Notes: a model not told the origin generated them from the sequence alone. A stretch of DNA of 64,000 bases from Eledone cirrhosa (GCA_964016885.1 CAXHJY010000589.1:128603-192602), one strand, 5' to 3'. Positions 42,032 through 56,007 are shown, numbered from the stretch's first letter. Numbers and translations are program-made.

Positions 42032-42097
42032 TATTTTATTATATATATTTCAAGAGCAACCAAGGCAAATTATGGTGCGCTTTCATCAGATAAAATA
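42032..42097 (-). ncRNA. Hammerhead ribozyme, TATGTA family (TATATA variant)
   Basis: - strand TATTTTAT-CTGATGA-AAGcGCACCA...TGGtTGCtCTT-GAAA-TATATA-TA-ATAAAATA. Confidence 0.75.
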
Positions 42098-42603
42098 CAG
42101 ATTTGTTTTATAAATAAATATTGACATACCCGGAAAAAAGACAGCCTTAACGGTTGGAGCTTCCTGGATTTGTTGAATCACAACAAATTAAATATAACCT
42201 CTGCATATATATATATATATATATACATAAGTGTGTTTTGAAACAGCGAGCGATTTTGAAATTAGAAATAGAAGCTTTCGCCGTATTATTTTTACTAAAG
42301 AAATTTTAGCCTGATAGTGGGGTTTAGAACCCTCTAAGATATGGAAAAAGATGAGTATTGACGTACATATCTTCCTGCTATTTCAAGCGTTAAACTAATA
42401 TATTCCTTCCATATACTGTACCGATTGAGTTGTTATTTCTGTTTACCTTTTACACACACATACATACATACATATTTAAATGTATAGGAAAAACAAATGA
42501 CTAGGAGTGAAATATAGAATAGAAATGAAGAATTTAATCAAAGTTCATTCTTTAACACATGTTTCAATACAGTATCAGTCTACGAGTGCTGGTTGCATAT
42601 TAT

Positions 42604-43888
42604 TTGCCTTTCATCTTTACGGGGTCGATAAAATAAAGTACCAGTAATGTACTGGGGGTAATTGCTGGCCTTGTGCCAAAAGTAGAAACAATTTGTGCCA
42701 AAAGTAGAAACAATTATTATTATTATTATTATAGGGTAGTGGATTGGCAGTATCGGTAGAGGGTCGGACGCCATGCTTTGCAGCATAGAGTTACGTCCCT
42801 TTACGGTCTGAGTTCAAATCCCGCCGAGGTTGACTTTGCCTTTCATCCTTACGGGGGTCGATAAAATAAAGTACCAGTAATGTACTGGGTATTTGCTGGC
42901 CTTGTGCCTAAAGTAGAAACAATTATTATTATTATTATTATTATTTTATATTTTTATATTTTCATTGTTAAATTAGTCTTGCCATTGTGCACTTTTACTC
43001 CACCTTATTGTAAACCCCCACTGTCCCTGTCTTTGTATTGTCCCCTACATGTCGGCCCTGGTGGCTAATAAATGAAATGATTATTATTATTATTATTATG
43101 CCCATTCACTAGCAATACGTTAAATATTGCATTTCATCAAAGATTTCGAAGTGACGTAGCTGGATCTTGCAGTAAACATATTCCTACTACTATCCACCCA
43201 GATTAAAAGGCAACTCAAATAATTATTTCTACTTTTGGCACAAGGCCAGCAATTATCCCAGTGCATTACTGGTACTTTATTTTATCGACCCCGTAAGGAT
43301 GAAAGGCAAAGTCAACCTCGGCGAGATTTGAACTCAGATCGTAAAGGGACGTAACTATGCTGGAAAGCATGGCGTCTGACCCTACAATAATAGAGGTGAG
43401 GTAGAAACGATATATGTTGGAAGACAAGATGCAACGACCTCACCTCAAACTTTGAAATCTTTCTGATGAAATGCAGTATTTAATGTATAATGAATGGGCA
43501 TAATGATAATTATTTCTACTTTAGGCACAAGGCCAGCAATTACCCAGTACATTACTGGTACTTTTATTTTATCGACCCCGTAAGGATGAAAGGCAAAGTT
43601 AACCTCGGCGGGATTTGAACTCAGAATAGAAAGGGCCGTAACTCTATGCGTCAAATCATGGCGTCCTACCCTCTACCAATCCACCACTCTCTAATGATAA
43701 TTGTTTCTACTTTAGGCACAAGGCCAGCAATTACCCAGTAGATTACTGGTACTTTTATTTTATCGACCCCGTAAGGATGAAAGGCAAAGTTAACCTCGGC
43801 GGGATTTGAACTCAGAATAGAAATGGCCGTAACTATGCGTCAAAGCATGGCGTCCGACCCTCTACCAATACTGCCAATCCACCACCCT
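42604..43888. mobile_element. Cluster of five family-1 SINEs
   Basis: + copies 42604-42720 and 42735-42925; - copies 43218-43383, 43508-43690 and 43697-43888. Confidence 0.88.
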
Positions 43889-44289
43889 CTAATGATAATA
43901 ATATGCAACCAGCACTCGTAGACTGATACCTTATTGAAACCTGTGTTTCTACTCTATATTTCACGCCAAGTCATTTGTTTTTCCAATACATTTAAATATA
44001 TTATTACTCCGTGATCTTCCCCCTGGATACTGTACTTTGATCTCTCTTTTTGGACAATTACCGGACCTCTTGCAAAGACCACGTTGAGAAAAATACTTTG
44101 GTGAGCAATTTTATTATTTTTGTTTGTATACTGATCTACACGAACAAATTTTATCTGTACATATCTTCATATATGTGTATATATATATATATTATATATA
44201 TATATATATTATATATATATATATATATTGTCTCAACAACAAACTTTTGACCAATCCTTGTGACAATCACTTTTACCATATATGGAATT

Positions 44290-44387
44290 ACCCCCCCGAG
44301 AAGCTCGGCTATTCATATACCAGGATAAAAAATTTTCATTTAGTCCAGAATTAGCCGTTGAAACGGCTTGAGGTCAGCCGTCGGGGT
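44290..44387 (+). ncRNA. Decayed hammerhead with full helix III and a long helix II insert
   Basis: ACCCCc-CCGAGAA (two transitions from CTGAGGA)-...CGGCTA-(long loop)-TAGCCG..-GAAA-CGGC ttgaggtca GCCG-TC-GGGGT. Confidence 0.55.
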
Positions 44388-44397
44388 CCTACTCGTT

Positions 44398-44436
<39 letters not shown>

Positions 44437-44438
<2 letters not shown>

Positions 44439-44982
44439 CAATAACTTCCTATATGTCGTCTGCAACTAAACTATGACAACAATAACTTCCTATATGTCGT
44501 CTGCAACTAAACTATGACAACAATAACTTCCTATATGTCGTCTGCAACTAAACTATGACAATAACTTCCTATATGTCGTCTGCAACTAAACTATGACAAT
44601 AACTTCCTATATGTCGTCTGCAACTAAACTATGACAATAACTTCCTATATGTCGTCTGCAACTAAACTATGACAATAACTTCCTATATGTCGTCTGCAAC
44701 TAAACTATGACAACAATAACTTCCTATATGTCGTCTGCAACTAAACTATGACAACAATAACTTCCTATATGTCGTCTGCAACTAAACTATGACAACAATA
44801 ACTTCCTATATGTCGTCTGCAACTAAACTATGACAACAATAACTTCCTATATGTCGTCTGCAACTAAACTATGACAACAATAACTTCCTATATGTCGTCT
44901 GCAACTAAACTATGACAACAATAACTTCCTATATGTCGTCTGCAACTAAACTATGACAACAATAACTTCATATATGTCGTCT
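44437..44982. repeat. 41/38-bp minisatellite, about 13.5 copies
   Basis: Unit (AAC)AATAACTTCCTATATGTCGTCTGCAACTAAACTATGAC. Confidence 0.95.
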
Positions 44983-45512
44983 AGTTCTACCAGAAATCGC
45001 AAGAGAGCAAATTATATTGTTGGTAGACTCTGTGCAAGATGGTTGGATAACATCCATTAGCTTGGCTGGTCACGCTCGGGGGTCCAGCTGCATCAATTGG
45101 AGACGGTTGCTTCTGACAGGACTCACGGCTGGAAGGAGTGTTTGAGGACTCAGCCACCCCACGACCCTCCCGCGGAGGAGGGGGGGGGGGCAGAAAGAAA
45201 TGATAAAGAGAAGGGAAGGAAGGGGTAGGAGAAGGAGGAGTAGAAGAAGAGGAAAGAAGAGGAAAGAAGAAGAAAGAAGAAGAAGAAGAAGAAGAAGAAG
45301 AGGAAAGAAGAAGAAGAAGAAGAAGAAGAAGAAGAAGAAGAGGAAAGAAGAAGAAGAGGAAAGAAGAAGAAGAAGAAGAAGAAAGAAGAAGAAGAAAAAA
45401 GAAAGAAAGAAGAAAGAAGAAAGAAGAAAGAAGAAAGAAGAAAGAAGAAGAAGGTTTTTCTATTGGTAAACAACAAACAGCTTAAATTATCCACATTGTT
45501 GGCCTCTGATAC

Positions 45513-46306
45513 AATAACAACCTATAACAACCTATAACAACCTATAACAACCCATAACAACCCATAACAACCTATAACAACCTATAACAACCTATAACAA
45601 CCTATAACAACCCATAACCTATAACAATCCATAACAACCTATAACCACCTATAACAATCCATAACAACCTATAACAACCCATATCAATCCATAACAATCC
45701 ATAACAACCTATAACAACCCATAACAATCCATAACAACCTATAACAACCTATAACAACCTATAACAAACCATAACAACCTATAACAACCCATAACAACCC
45801 ATAACAACCTATAACAACCCATAACAATCCATAACAACCCATAACAACCTATAACCACCCATAACAACCTATAACAACCCATAACAACCTATAACAACCC
45901 ATAACAACCTATAACAACCCATAACAATCCATAACAACCCATAACAACCCATAACCACCTATAACAACCCATAACAACCTATAACAACCCATAACAACCT
46001 ATAACCACCCATAACAACCTATAACAACCCATAACAACCTATAACAACCCATAACAACCTATAACAACCCATAACAACCTATAACAACCCATAACAACCT
46101 ATAACCACCCATAACAACCTATAACAACCCATAACAACCTATAACCACCCATAACAACCTATAACAACCCATAACAATCCATAACCTATAACAATCCATA
46201 ACAACCTATAACAACCCATAACAACCTATAACAACCCATAACAACCTATAACAACCCATAACAACCTATAACCACCCATAACAACCTATAACAACCCATA
46301 ACAACC
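45513..46306. repeat. 10-bp minisatellite ATAACAACCY
   Basis: Direct reading; about 80 copies. Confidence 0.95.
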
Positions 46307-46389
46307 GTAGAAGTTCTATATTGTTGACGAAATCAAAATTACAAAATTACAGCATTTCCTCTTAACAACTCTTGAAGGTGTACAGACAC

Positions 46390-47640
46390 ATACAGCTAAC
46401 ATACACACACACACACCTAACACACACACACCTAACATACACACCTAACATACACACACACACACCTAACACACACACACCTAACACACACACCTAACAT
46501 ACACACACACACCTAACACACACACACACCTAACATACACACACCTAACATACACACACACACACCTAACACACACATCTAACACACACGCACCTAACAT
46601 ACACACACACCTAACACACACACACCTAACATACACACACACCTAACATACACACATACCTAACACACACACACACCTAACACACCTAACACATACACAC
46701 CTAACCCACACGTAACACACACACACACCTAACACACACACACCTAACACACACACACACCTAACACACACACACACCTAACACACACACACACACCTAA
46801 CACACACCTAACACACACACCTAACATACACCTAACATACACACACACACCTAACACATACACACCTAACATACACACACACACCTAACACACACACACA
46901 CACCTAACATACACACACACACACACCTAACATAGACACACACCTAACATACACACACACCTAACATAGACACACACCTAACATAGACACACACCTAACA
47001 TAGACACACACCTAACAGACACACACACCTAACAGACACACACCTAACATACACACACACCTAACACACACACACACCTAACATACACACACACACCTAA
47101 CACACACACACACCTAACACACACACACACCTAACAGACACACACCTAACATACACACACCTAACATACACACACCTAACACACACACACACCTAACACA
47201 TACACACCTAACATACACACACACACACCTAACACACACACACACCTAACATATACACACACCTAACATATACACACACCTAACATAGACACACACCTAA
47301 CATAGACACACACCTAACATAGACACACACCTAACATAGACACACACCTAACAGACACACACCTAACATAGACACACACACACCTAACATAGACACACAC
47401 ACACCTAACATACACACACACCTAACATACACACACACCTAACACACACACACACAGTAACGACTGTCTCACGTACACCTAACACACACACACACAGTAA
47501 TGGCGGTCTCACACACACCTAACACACACCTAACACACACACACACACACACAGTAATGGCGGTCTCACACACACCTAACACACACCTAACACACACACA
47601 CACACACACAGTAATGGCGGTCTCACACACACCTATCACA
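46390..47640. repeat. CCTAA-punctuated (CA)n repeat
   Basis: CCTAACA(TA/CA)(CA)n units; three longer CAGTAATGGCGGTCTC units at the end. Confidence 0.9.
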
Positions 47641-48142
47641 CGGCAGACGATATACTCAGCAAAGAGCCATTCAAGCAGAAATACTTTGCATGATATATAA
47701 GCTGGCATTCTTTAACCGCTTCCCCGCCCCTCGTCCAGTCTATTCTACTCCCAGCAGACACTAGGGAAAACTTCACGGGTTGGGGTGAACCCCTGGGTAT
47801 TGGACTGGCTATTTCAACACGTTCGTCTCGGCACCCCTCCGGGACAACACTTTATTCTATTCGCTAGGCCCCTCCAGGTGGTTCGCGCCTGTGGTTCTGC
47901 ACCCCCAGAGCTAGTATCATGGTAATAACTATGATTCGGTATTGTTTATCGCTCACATTCACACATTCAAATACATATTCAACGAAATTCACGAGGTATT
48001 AAAAGAAAATTCGTTGTAACCGAAAATGCTTTATAACGAGATCGACCTAACTCATTGATCATGTGGCCATGGATTGAAAAAAATTTCGTTATACTGAAAA
48101 ATTCGTTATAATGGCATTCGTTATGACCCAATTTTACCTATA

Positions 48143-48477
48143 TACCGTCGAACCTCGGTTCATGAACTTAATTCGTTCCTGAAAGCCGTTCATTACTCCA
48201 AATAGTCATAAACCGAAAATATTTTCCCCATACAAAATATCGATAAAGAAATACAGTGAAAGAGAAACAGATATCACCATAGTAACTAACTACACAGCAA
48301 GTGACACTTTCCTACCGATACTCCCAGCTTGTCGCCAACCGCTGTTGCCGGCTTGTATGTTCGTTACTCGAGACACCGTTCATGAATCAAGACGTTTTAT
48401 GTTCGGAAAAAAAAAAAATTCTTCGTGAACCGATTTGTTCGTGATGAGAGGTGTTCGTGAGCCGAGGTTCCACTGTA
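48143..48477. mobile_element. Tigger/pogo-like MITE
   Basis: TA-CCGTCGAACCTCGGTTCATGAAC ... GTTCGTGAGCCGAGGTTCCACTG-TA; TA TSD. Confidence 0.75.
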
Positions 48478-48731
48478 CATCATTGAAACACAGAGGCAGT
48501 GTCTTTCCTTAGAAATATGATAACAAAAGGAACAACTCAACTTCCGCTTGATTTGCAGACATGCGTGTGATGAACTGACTTGTTTAATATAAAATAGCCG
48601 CAAGGTTAGAGAAAAGAAAAAACATTATCTTGATTATAAGAAGTCATTCAAGCATGACTATTGTGTTAAGTTAAAGAGTGCACTACATATTTTACAGAGA
48701 TAGATAGATAGATAGAGAAAGAGAGAGAAGG

Positions 48732-48764
<33 letters not shown>

Positions 48765-48839
48765 TGGAGGGAGAGAGAGAGAGATGGAGGGAGATAATGT
48801 TTAGTGTAAATTATTGCAGTCCTTTATTATATTCAAAGC

Positions 48840-49942
48840 TAGGCGGTGGATTGACAATAACGGTAGAGGGTCAGACGCCATGCTTTGCAGCAAAGAGTTA
48901 CGGCCCTTTATGGTCTGAGTTCAAATCCCGCCGAGGTTAACTTTGCCTTTCATCCTTACGGGGTCGATAAAATAAAGTACTAGTAATGTACTGGTATAAT
49001 TGCTGGCCTTGTGCCAAAATTAGAAACAATTATATTCAAAGCTTCCTGTCACTTTCAACTATAAATCTGACTTTTCTACTGAAAATATTTCCAGGCTTTA
49101 CCAGTTGGGGTAATCTCTCTCTCCCTCTCTCAAGATGGAAGGGTTGTGTGTGTAAAAATACACACACATGTACACCAGGTTCGAACACGGAGGAGCCAAA
49201 CTCCCACTGTCATCCCCTCCGTCTCTCTCGCTCTCCCTATTTCTCTTATTAGCAAATGGGAGCACACATGCTGGCCGCCCCACGACCCCGGCGGACAGAA
49301 TAGAGAAGGCGTTTCCCCAGAGGATGGTGAGGGAGATGCGCTGGAAGAGTTATTCCAGCTCGCAAGGCTCACACCTGCGGCTAGCCAGCTCTGTGTCGAT
49401 GGTGGTGAGTAGGGAGGTAGCCCTAGGGCCAAGGACACCAGAAGCCTCCACTAATACCGCAGCTGTTAAAAAATATCGCCGAGCAGGACCAACACCTTGT
49501 CACATGTGGTAGTACGGTAGAGTGTCGGACAACATGTTTTGTAGGATAGAATTACGGCCCTTTAGGTTCTGAGTTCAAATCCCACAGAGGTTAGCTTTGC
49601 CTTACATCCTTACATGGTCAATAAAATTAAGTACCAGTAACGAACTGGGGTCGATTCAATCGATTTTCCCTTTCCCTTCAAATTATTGGATTTGTGCCAA
49701 ATGTAGAAACTATTCTATACCAAAGACGGCCAGTGGATTGGTAGTATGGTAGAGCGTCGGACAACATGTTTTGTGGGGCAGAGTTACGTCCCTTTACGTT
49801 CAAAGTTAAAATCCCACCTAGGTTAGCTTTGCTTTTCATCCTTACGGTGTCGATATAATAAAGCACCAGTAATGCATTGCGGTCGATTTAATCGACTTGT
49901 CCCTCTCACCAAATTGTTGGCCTTGTGCCCAAATAAGAAACT
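48840..49942 (+). mobile_element. Three family-1 SINEs (two older, diverged)
   Basis: Copies at about 48840-49030, 49505-49710 and 49728-49942. Confidence 0.8.
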
Positions 49943-50134
49943 ATCATATATCAAAGAGAAAGATTTTTTTGAGAAACTGGCGAAATTAATATTTCTAGTA
50001 CTTTGCATATCTATAGGCAGATCATCGTTTATTTAGATGACAGAGCCGTTACTTCTCCGAATTCAGAGATCACAGCTCTGTAACTATGGAGATGTGGTTA
50101 GAATGTCCCATGAAAGAATTGCTGGACAGCAATG

Positions 50135-50188
<54 letters not shown>

Positions 50189-50374
50189 AACCAGTAAGAC
50201 CCCGACAGCTGAGCTCAAGCCGTTTCGACGGCTAATTCTAGACTCATTAGCCGTCGAAACGGCTTGAGCTCAGCTGTCGGGGTCTTACTGGTTCCTATTA
50301 CCCACTCTACTACCTCAAGTATTGAGTACTTTGGTGCGTTATGGTCCACCTGGTTCCTTACCACATTTCCTTCG

Positions 50375-50409
<35 letters not shown>

Positions 50410-50537
50410 GAAGTTCTATTTAAATTGTTGGGATACAACAAGCAAATATTTTTATAACTGATATAAAGCACTCAACAATTATTGGAGTAAAAATACGATA
50501 TATTAACAAATGGAAACTATATTTATAAAACCATATT

Positions 50538-50602
50538 TATTTCATTATACATATTTCAAGGACACCAAGTTACATTATGGTGTGCTTTCATCAGATAAAA
50601 TA
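50538..50602 (-). ncRNA. Hammerhead ribozyme, TATGTA family
   Basis: Nearly identical to 20707-20771. Confidence 0.8.
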
Positions 50603-50765
50603 TAATATAGAGCAGTTTTATAAATAAATATTGACATACCCTTAAAGAATGCGAGCATTTCTGTTGGAAGCTCCGGGAGCATATGTGTATATATATATAC
50701 ATGTATATATATATATATATATGTGTATATATATATATATGTGTATATATATATATATATGTGTG

Positions 50766-50796
<31 letters not shown>

Positions 50797-51171
50797 GTGT
50801 GTATATATATATATATGTATATATATGTATATATATGTATATATATATACGATATATTAACAAATGGAAACTATATTTATATATGTATTTATATATGTAT
50901 GTATATATATGTATATATATATATATATGTGTGTATATATATATATATGTATATATATATAAATATGTATATATATATATGTGTATATATATATATATAT
51001 ATGTGTATATATATATATATATATGTGTATATATATATATATATATGTGTATATATATATATATATGTGTATATATATATATATATGTGTATATATATAT
51101 ATATATATGTGTATATATATATATATATATGTGTATATATATATATATATATGTGTATATATATATATATA

Positions 51172-51414
<243 letters not shown>

Positions 51415-51415
51415 G

Positions 51416-51455
<40 letters not shown>

Positions 51456-51492
51456 TGTGTATATATATGTGTATATATATATATATGTGTAT

Positions 51493-53186
51493 ATTTAACT
51501 CACTCAATATGCAAATTAGGCTGCTCAGCCGTTAATTTTCATAAGGAAAGTATATACTTTCGAACGTTCAACTATCTGGCAGATGGGTAAACGGTGCTGA
51601 TGATAGCTAACAAGCTTGAAACTAGTACATCGTTCCTGTGTCAGTGTTGAACAAAAAGGTGACGTGGTTGCCTTAACACCGTATGGCATAAATTCAGGCT
51701 GTTCAGTTTGTTTACAAACGAACAAAGCGACGTTAGCGCCGCTAAACTGATACGTGCATATATGTATGTGTACCTGTATGCATATGTATATATATATGTA
51801 TATATATATATATGTGCATGCTACTGTACGTCTGTAAACATATATGTATGTACGTATACATGCATACTTACATTTAAGTAAGTGCCATACTAAGAGTGAG
51901 AAATGAAATTTCGTTTTCATTTTGTTTCAATTTATCGTTTTCGGTATGCCTGACCGATTTAACTCACTCAATATGCAAATTAGGCTGCTCAGCCGTTAAT
52001 TTTCATAAGGAAAGTATATACTTTCGAACGTTCAACTATCTGGCAGATGGGTAAACGGTGCTGATGATAGCTAACAAGCTTGAAACTAGTACATCGTTCC
52101 TGTGTCAGTGTTGAACAAAAAGGTGACGTGGTTGCCTTAACACCGTATGGCATAAATTCAGGCTGTTCAGTTTGTTTACAAACGAACAAAGCGACGTTAG
52201 CGCCGCTAAACTGATACGTGCATATATGTATGTGTACCTGTATGCATATGTATATATATATGTATATATATATATATATATGTGCATGCTACTGTACGTC
52301 TGTATACATATATGTATGTACGTATACATGCATACTTACATTTAAGTAAGTGCCATACTAAGAGTGAGAAATGAAATTTCGTTTTCATTTTGTTTCAATT
52401 TATCGTTTTCGGTATGCCTGACCGATTTAACTCACTCAATATGCAAATTAGGCTGCTCAGCCGTTAATTTTCATAAGGAAAGTATATACTTTCGAACGTT
52501 CAACTATCTGGCAGATGGGTAAACGGTGCTGATGATAGCTAACAAGCTTGAAACTAGTACATCGTTCCTGTGTCAGTGTTGAACAAAAAGGTGACGTGGT
52601 TGCCTTAACACCGTATGGCATAAATTCAGGCTGTTCAGTTTGTTTACAAACGAACAAAGCGACGTTAGCGCCGCTAAACTGATACGTGCATATATGTATG
52701 TGTACCTGTATGCATATGTATATATATATGTATATATATATATATATATGTGCATGCTACTGTACGTCTGTATACATATATGTATGTACGTATACATGCA
52801 TACTTACATTTAAGTAAGTGCCATACTAAGAGTGAGAAATGAAATTTCGTTTTCATTTTGTTTCAATTTATCGTTTTCGGTATGCCTGACCGATTTAACT
52901 CACTCAATATGCAAATTAGGCTGCTCAGCCGTTAATTTTCATAAGGAAAGTATATACTTTCGAACGTTCAACTATCTGGCAGATGGGTAAACGGTGCTGA
53001 TGATAGCTAACAAGCTTGAAACTAGTACATCGTTCCTGTGTCAGTGTTGAACAAAAAGGTGACGTGGTTGCCTTAACACCGTATGGCATAAATTCAGGCT
53101 GTTCAGTTTGTTTACAAACGAACAAAGCGACGTTAGCGCCGCTAAACTGATACGTGCATATATGTATGTGTACCTGTATGCATATG

Positions 53187-53218
<32 letters not shown>

Positions 53219-55666
53219 TGTGCATGCTACTGTACGTCTGTATACATATATGTATGTACGTATACATGCATACTTACATTTAAGTAAGTGCCATACTAAG
53301 AGTGAGAAATGAAATTTCGTTTTCATTTTGTTTCAATTTATCGTTTTCGGTATGCCTGACCGATTTAACTCACTCAATATGCAAATTAGGCTGCTCAGCC
53401 GTTAATTTTCATAAGGAAAGTATATACTTTCGAACGTTCAACTATCTGGCAGATGGGTAAACGGTGCTGATGATAGCTAACAAGCTTGAAACTAGTACAT
53501 CGTTCCTGTGTCAGTGTTGAACAAAAAGGTGACGTGGTTGCCTTAACACCGTATGGCATAAATTCAGGCTGTTCAGTTTGTTTACAACGAACAAAGCGAC
53601 GTTAGCGCCGCTAAACTGATACGTGCATATATGTATGTGTACCTGTATGCATATGTATATATATATATATATATATGTGCATGCTACTGTACGTCTGTAT
53701 ACATATATGTATGTACGTATACATGCATACTTACATTTAAGTAAGTGCCATACTAAGAGTGAGAAATGAAATTTCGTTTTCATTTTGTTTCAATTTATCG
53801 TTTTCGGTATGCCTGACCGATTTAACTCACTCAATATGCAAATTAGGCTGCTCAGCCGTTAATTTTCATAAGGAAAGTATATACTTTCGAACGTTCAACT
53901 ATCTGGCAGATGGGTAAACGGTGCTGATGATAGCTAACAAGCTTGAAACTAGTACATCGTTCCTGTGTCAGTGTTGAACAAAAAGGTGACGTGGTTGCCT
54001 TAACACCGTATGGCATAAATTCAGGCTGTTCAGTTTGTTTACAAACGAACAAAGCGACGTTAGCGCCGCTAAACTGATACGTGCATATATGTATGTGTAC
54101 CTGTATGCATATGTATATATATATGTATATATATATATATATATGTGCATGCTACTGTACGTCTGTATACATATATGTATGTACGTATACATGCATACTT
54201 ACATTTAAGTAAGTGCCATACTAAGAGTGAGAAATGAAATTTCGTTTTCATTTTGTTTCAATTTATCGTTTTCGTTATGCCTGACCGATTTAACTCACTC
54301 AATATGCAAATTAGGCTGCTCAGCCGTTAATTTTCATAAGGAAAGTATATACTTTCGAACGTTCAACTATCTGGCAGATGGGTAAACGGTGCTGATGATA
54401 GCTAACAAGCTTGAAACTAGTACATCGTTCCTGTGTCAGTGTTGAACAAAAAGGTGACGTGGTTGCCTTAACACCGTATGGCATAAATTCAGGCTGTTCA
54501 GTTTGTTTACAAACGAACAAAGCGACGTTAGCGCCGCTAAACTGATACGTGCATATATGTATGTGTACCTGTATGCATATGTATATATATATGTATATAT
54601 ATATATATATATGTGCATGCTACTGTACGTCTGTATACATATATGTATGTACGTATACATGCATACTTACATTTAAGTAAGTGCCATACTAAGAGTGAGA
54701 AATGAAATTTCGTTTTCATTTTGTTTTAATTTATCGTTTTCGGTATGCCTGACCGATTTAACTCACTCAATATGCAAATTAGGATGCTCAGCCGTTAATT
54801 TTCATAAGGAAAGTATATACTTTCGAACGTTCAACTATCTGGCAGATGGGTAAACGGTGCTGATGATAGCTAACAAGCTTGAAACTAGTACATCGTTCCT
54901 GTGTCAGTGTTGAACAAAAAGGTGACGTGGTTGCCTTAACACCGTATGGCATAAATTCAGGCTGTTCAGTTTGTTTACAAACGAACAAAGCGACGTTAGC
55001 GCCGCTAAACTGATACGTGCATATATGTATGTGTACCTGTATGCATATGTATATATATATGTATATATATATATATATATGTGCATGCTACTGTACGTCT
55101 GTATACATATATGTATGTACGTATACATGCATACTTACATTTAAGTAAGTGCCATACTAAGAGTGAGAAATGAAATTTCGTTTTCATTTTGTTTCAATTT
55201 ATCGTTTTCGGTATGCCTGACCGATTTAACTCACTCAATATGCAAATTAGGCTGCTCAGCCGTTAATTTTCATAAGGAAAGTATATACTTTCGAACGTTC
55301 AACTATCTGGCAGATGGGTAAACGGTGCTGATGATAGCTAACAAGCTTGAAACTAGTACATCGTTCCTGTGTCAGTGTTGAACAAAAAGGTGACGTGGTT
55401 GCCTTAACACCGTATGGCATAAATTCAGGCTGTTCAGTTTGTTTACAAACGAACAAAGCGACGTTAGCGCCGCTAAACTGATACGTGCATATATGTATGT
55501 GTACCTGTATGCATATGTATATATATATGTATATATATATATATATATGTGCATGCTACTGTACGTCTGTATACATATATGTATGTACGTATACATGCAT
55601 ACTTACATTTAAGTAAGTGCCATACTAAGAGTGAGAAATGAAATTTCGTTTTCATTTTGTTTTAAT
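51493..55666 (+). repeat. Tandem array of ~468-bp units (about 8.9 copies), each with a hammerhead ribozyme (retrozyme-like)
   Basis: Near-identical units begin ATTTAACTCACTCAATATGCAAATTAGG. CTGATGA cores lie at 51597, 52061, 52529, 52997, 53467, 53924, 54392, 54860 and 55328 (periods 464, 468, 468, 470, 457, 468, 468, 468). Length differences come mostly from an internal TA/TG microsatellite. Both flanks are (TA)n. Confidence 0.95.
51576..51644 (+). ncRNA. Type I hammerhead ribozyme, array unit 1 (same motif in all nine units)
   Basis: AACGGTG-CTGATGA-tAGC taacaa GCTt-GAAA-CTAG-TA-CATCGTT. Stem I is 7 bp (one G-U), core CUGAUGA/GAAA, helix III is the palindrome A-CUAG-U, GUA cleavage predicted after 51627. 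Stem I extends through TGGG/CCTG and CTGGCA/TGTCAG with bulges. Confidence 0.9.
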
Positions 55667-55667
55667 G

Positions 55668-55701
<34 letters not shown>

Positions 55702-55763
55702 TGTGTATATATATATATATGTATATATATATATTTATATATATGTGTATATATATATATGTG

Positions 55764-55797
<34 letters not shown>

Positions 55798-55973
55798 TAT
55801 GTGTATATATATATATATATATGTGTATACATATATATATGTATATATATATGTGTATACATATATATATGTATATATATATATATATGTGTATATATAA
55901 ATATATGTATATATATATATATATATATGTGTATACATATATATATGTATATATATATATATATATATATGTG

Positions 55974-56007
<34 letters not shown>

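Noticed and set aside
46390-47450. Arthropod-type (TTAGG)n telomere
   Set aside because: CCTAA units are separated by variable CA runs; this is a compound microsatellite.
49130-49512. GC-richer ORFs between SINEs
   Set aside because: No recognisable domain or splice signals; probably an old retroelement fragment.
51493-55666. CRISPR array or repeated protein-coding gene ([10 protein letters not shown]... ORFs)
   Set aside because: Units are identical end to end with no unique spacers and no cas genes; the ORFs shift frame with the microsatellite length and resemble no known protein.
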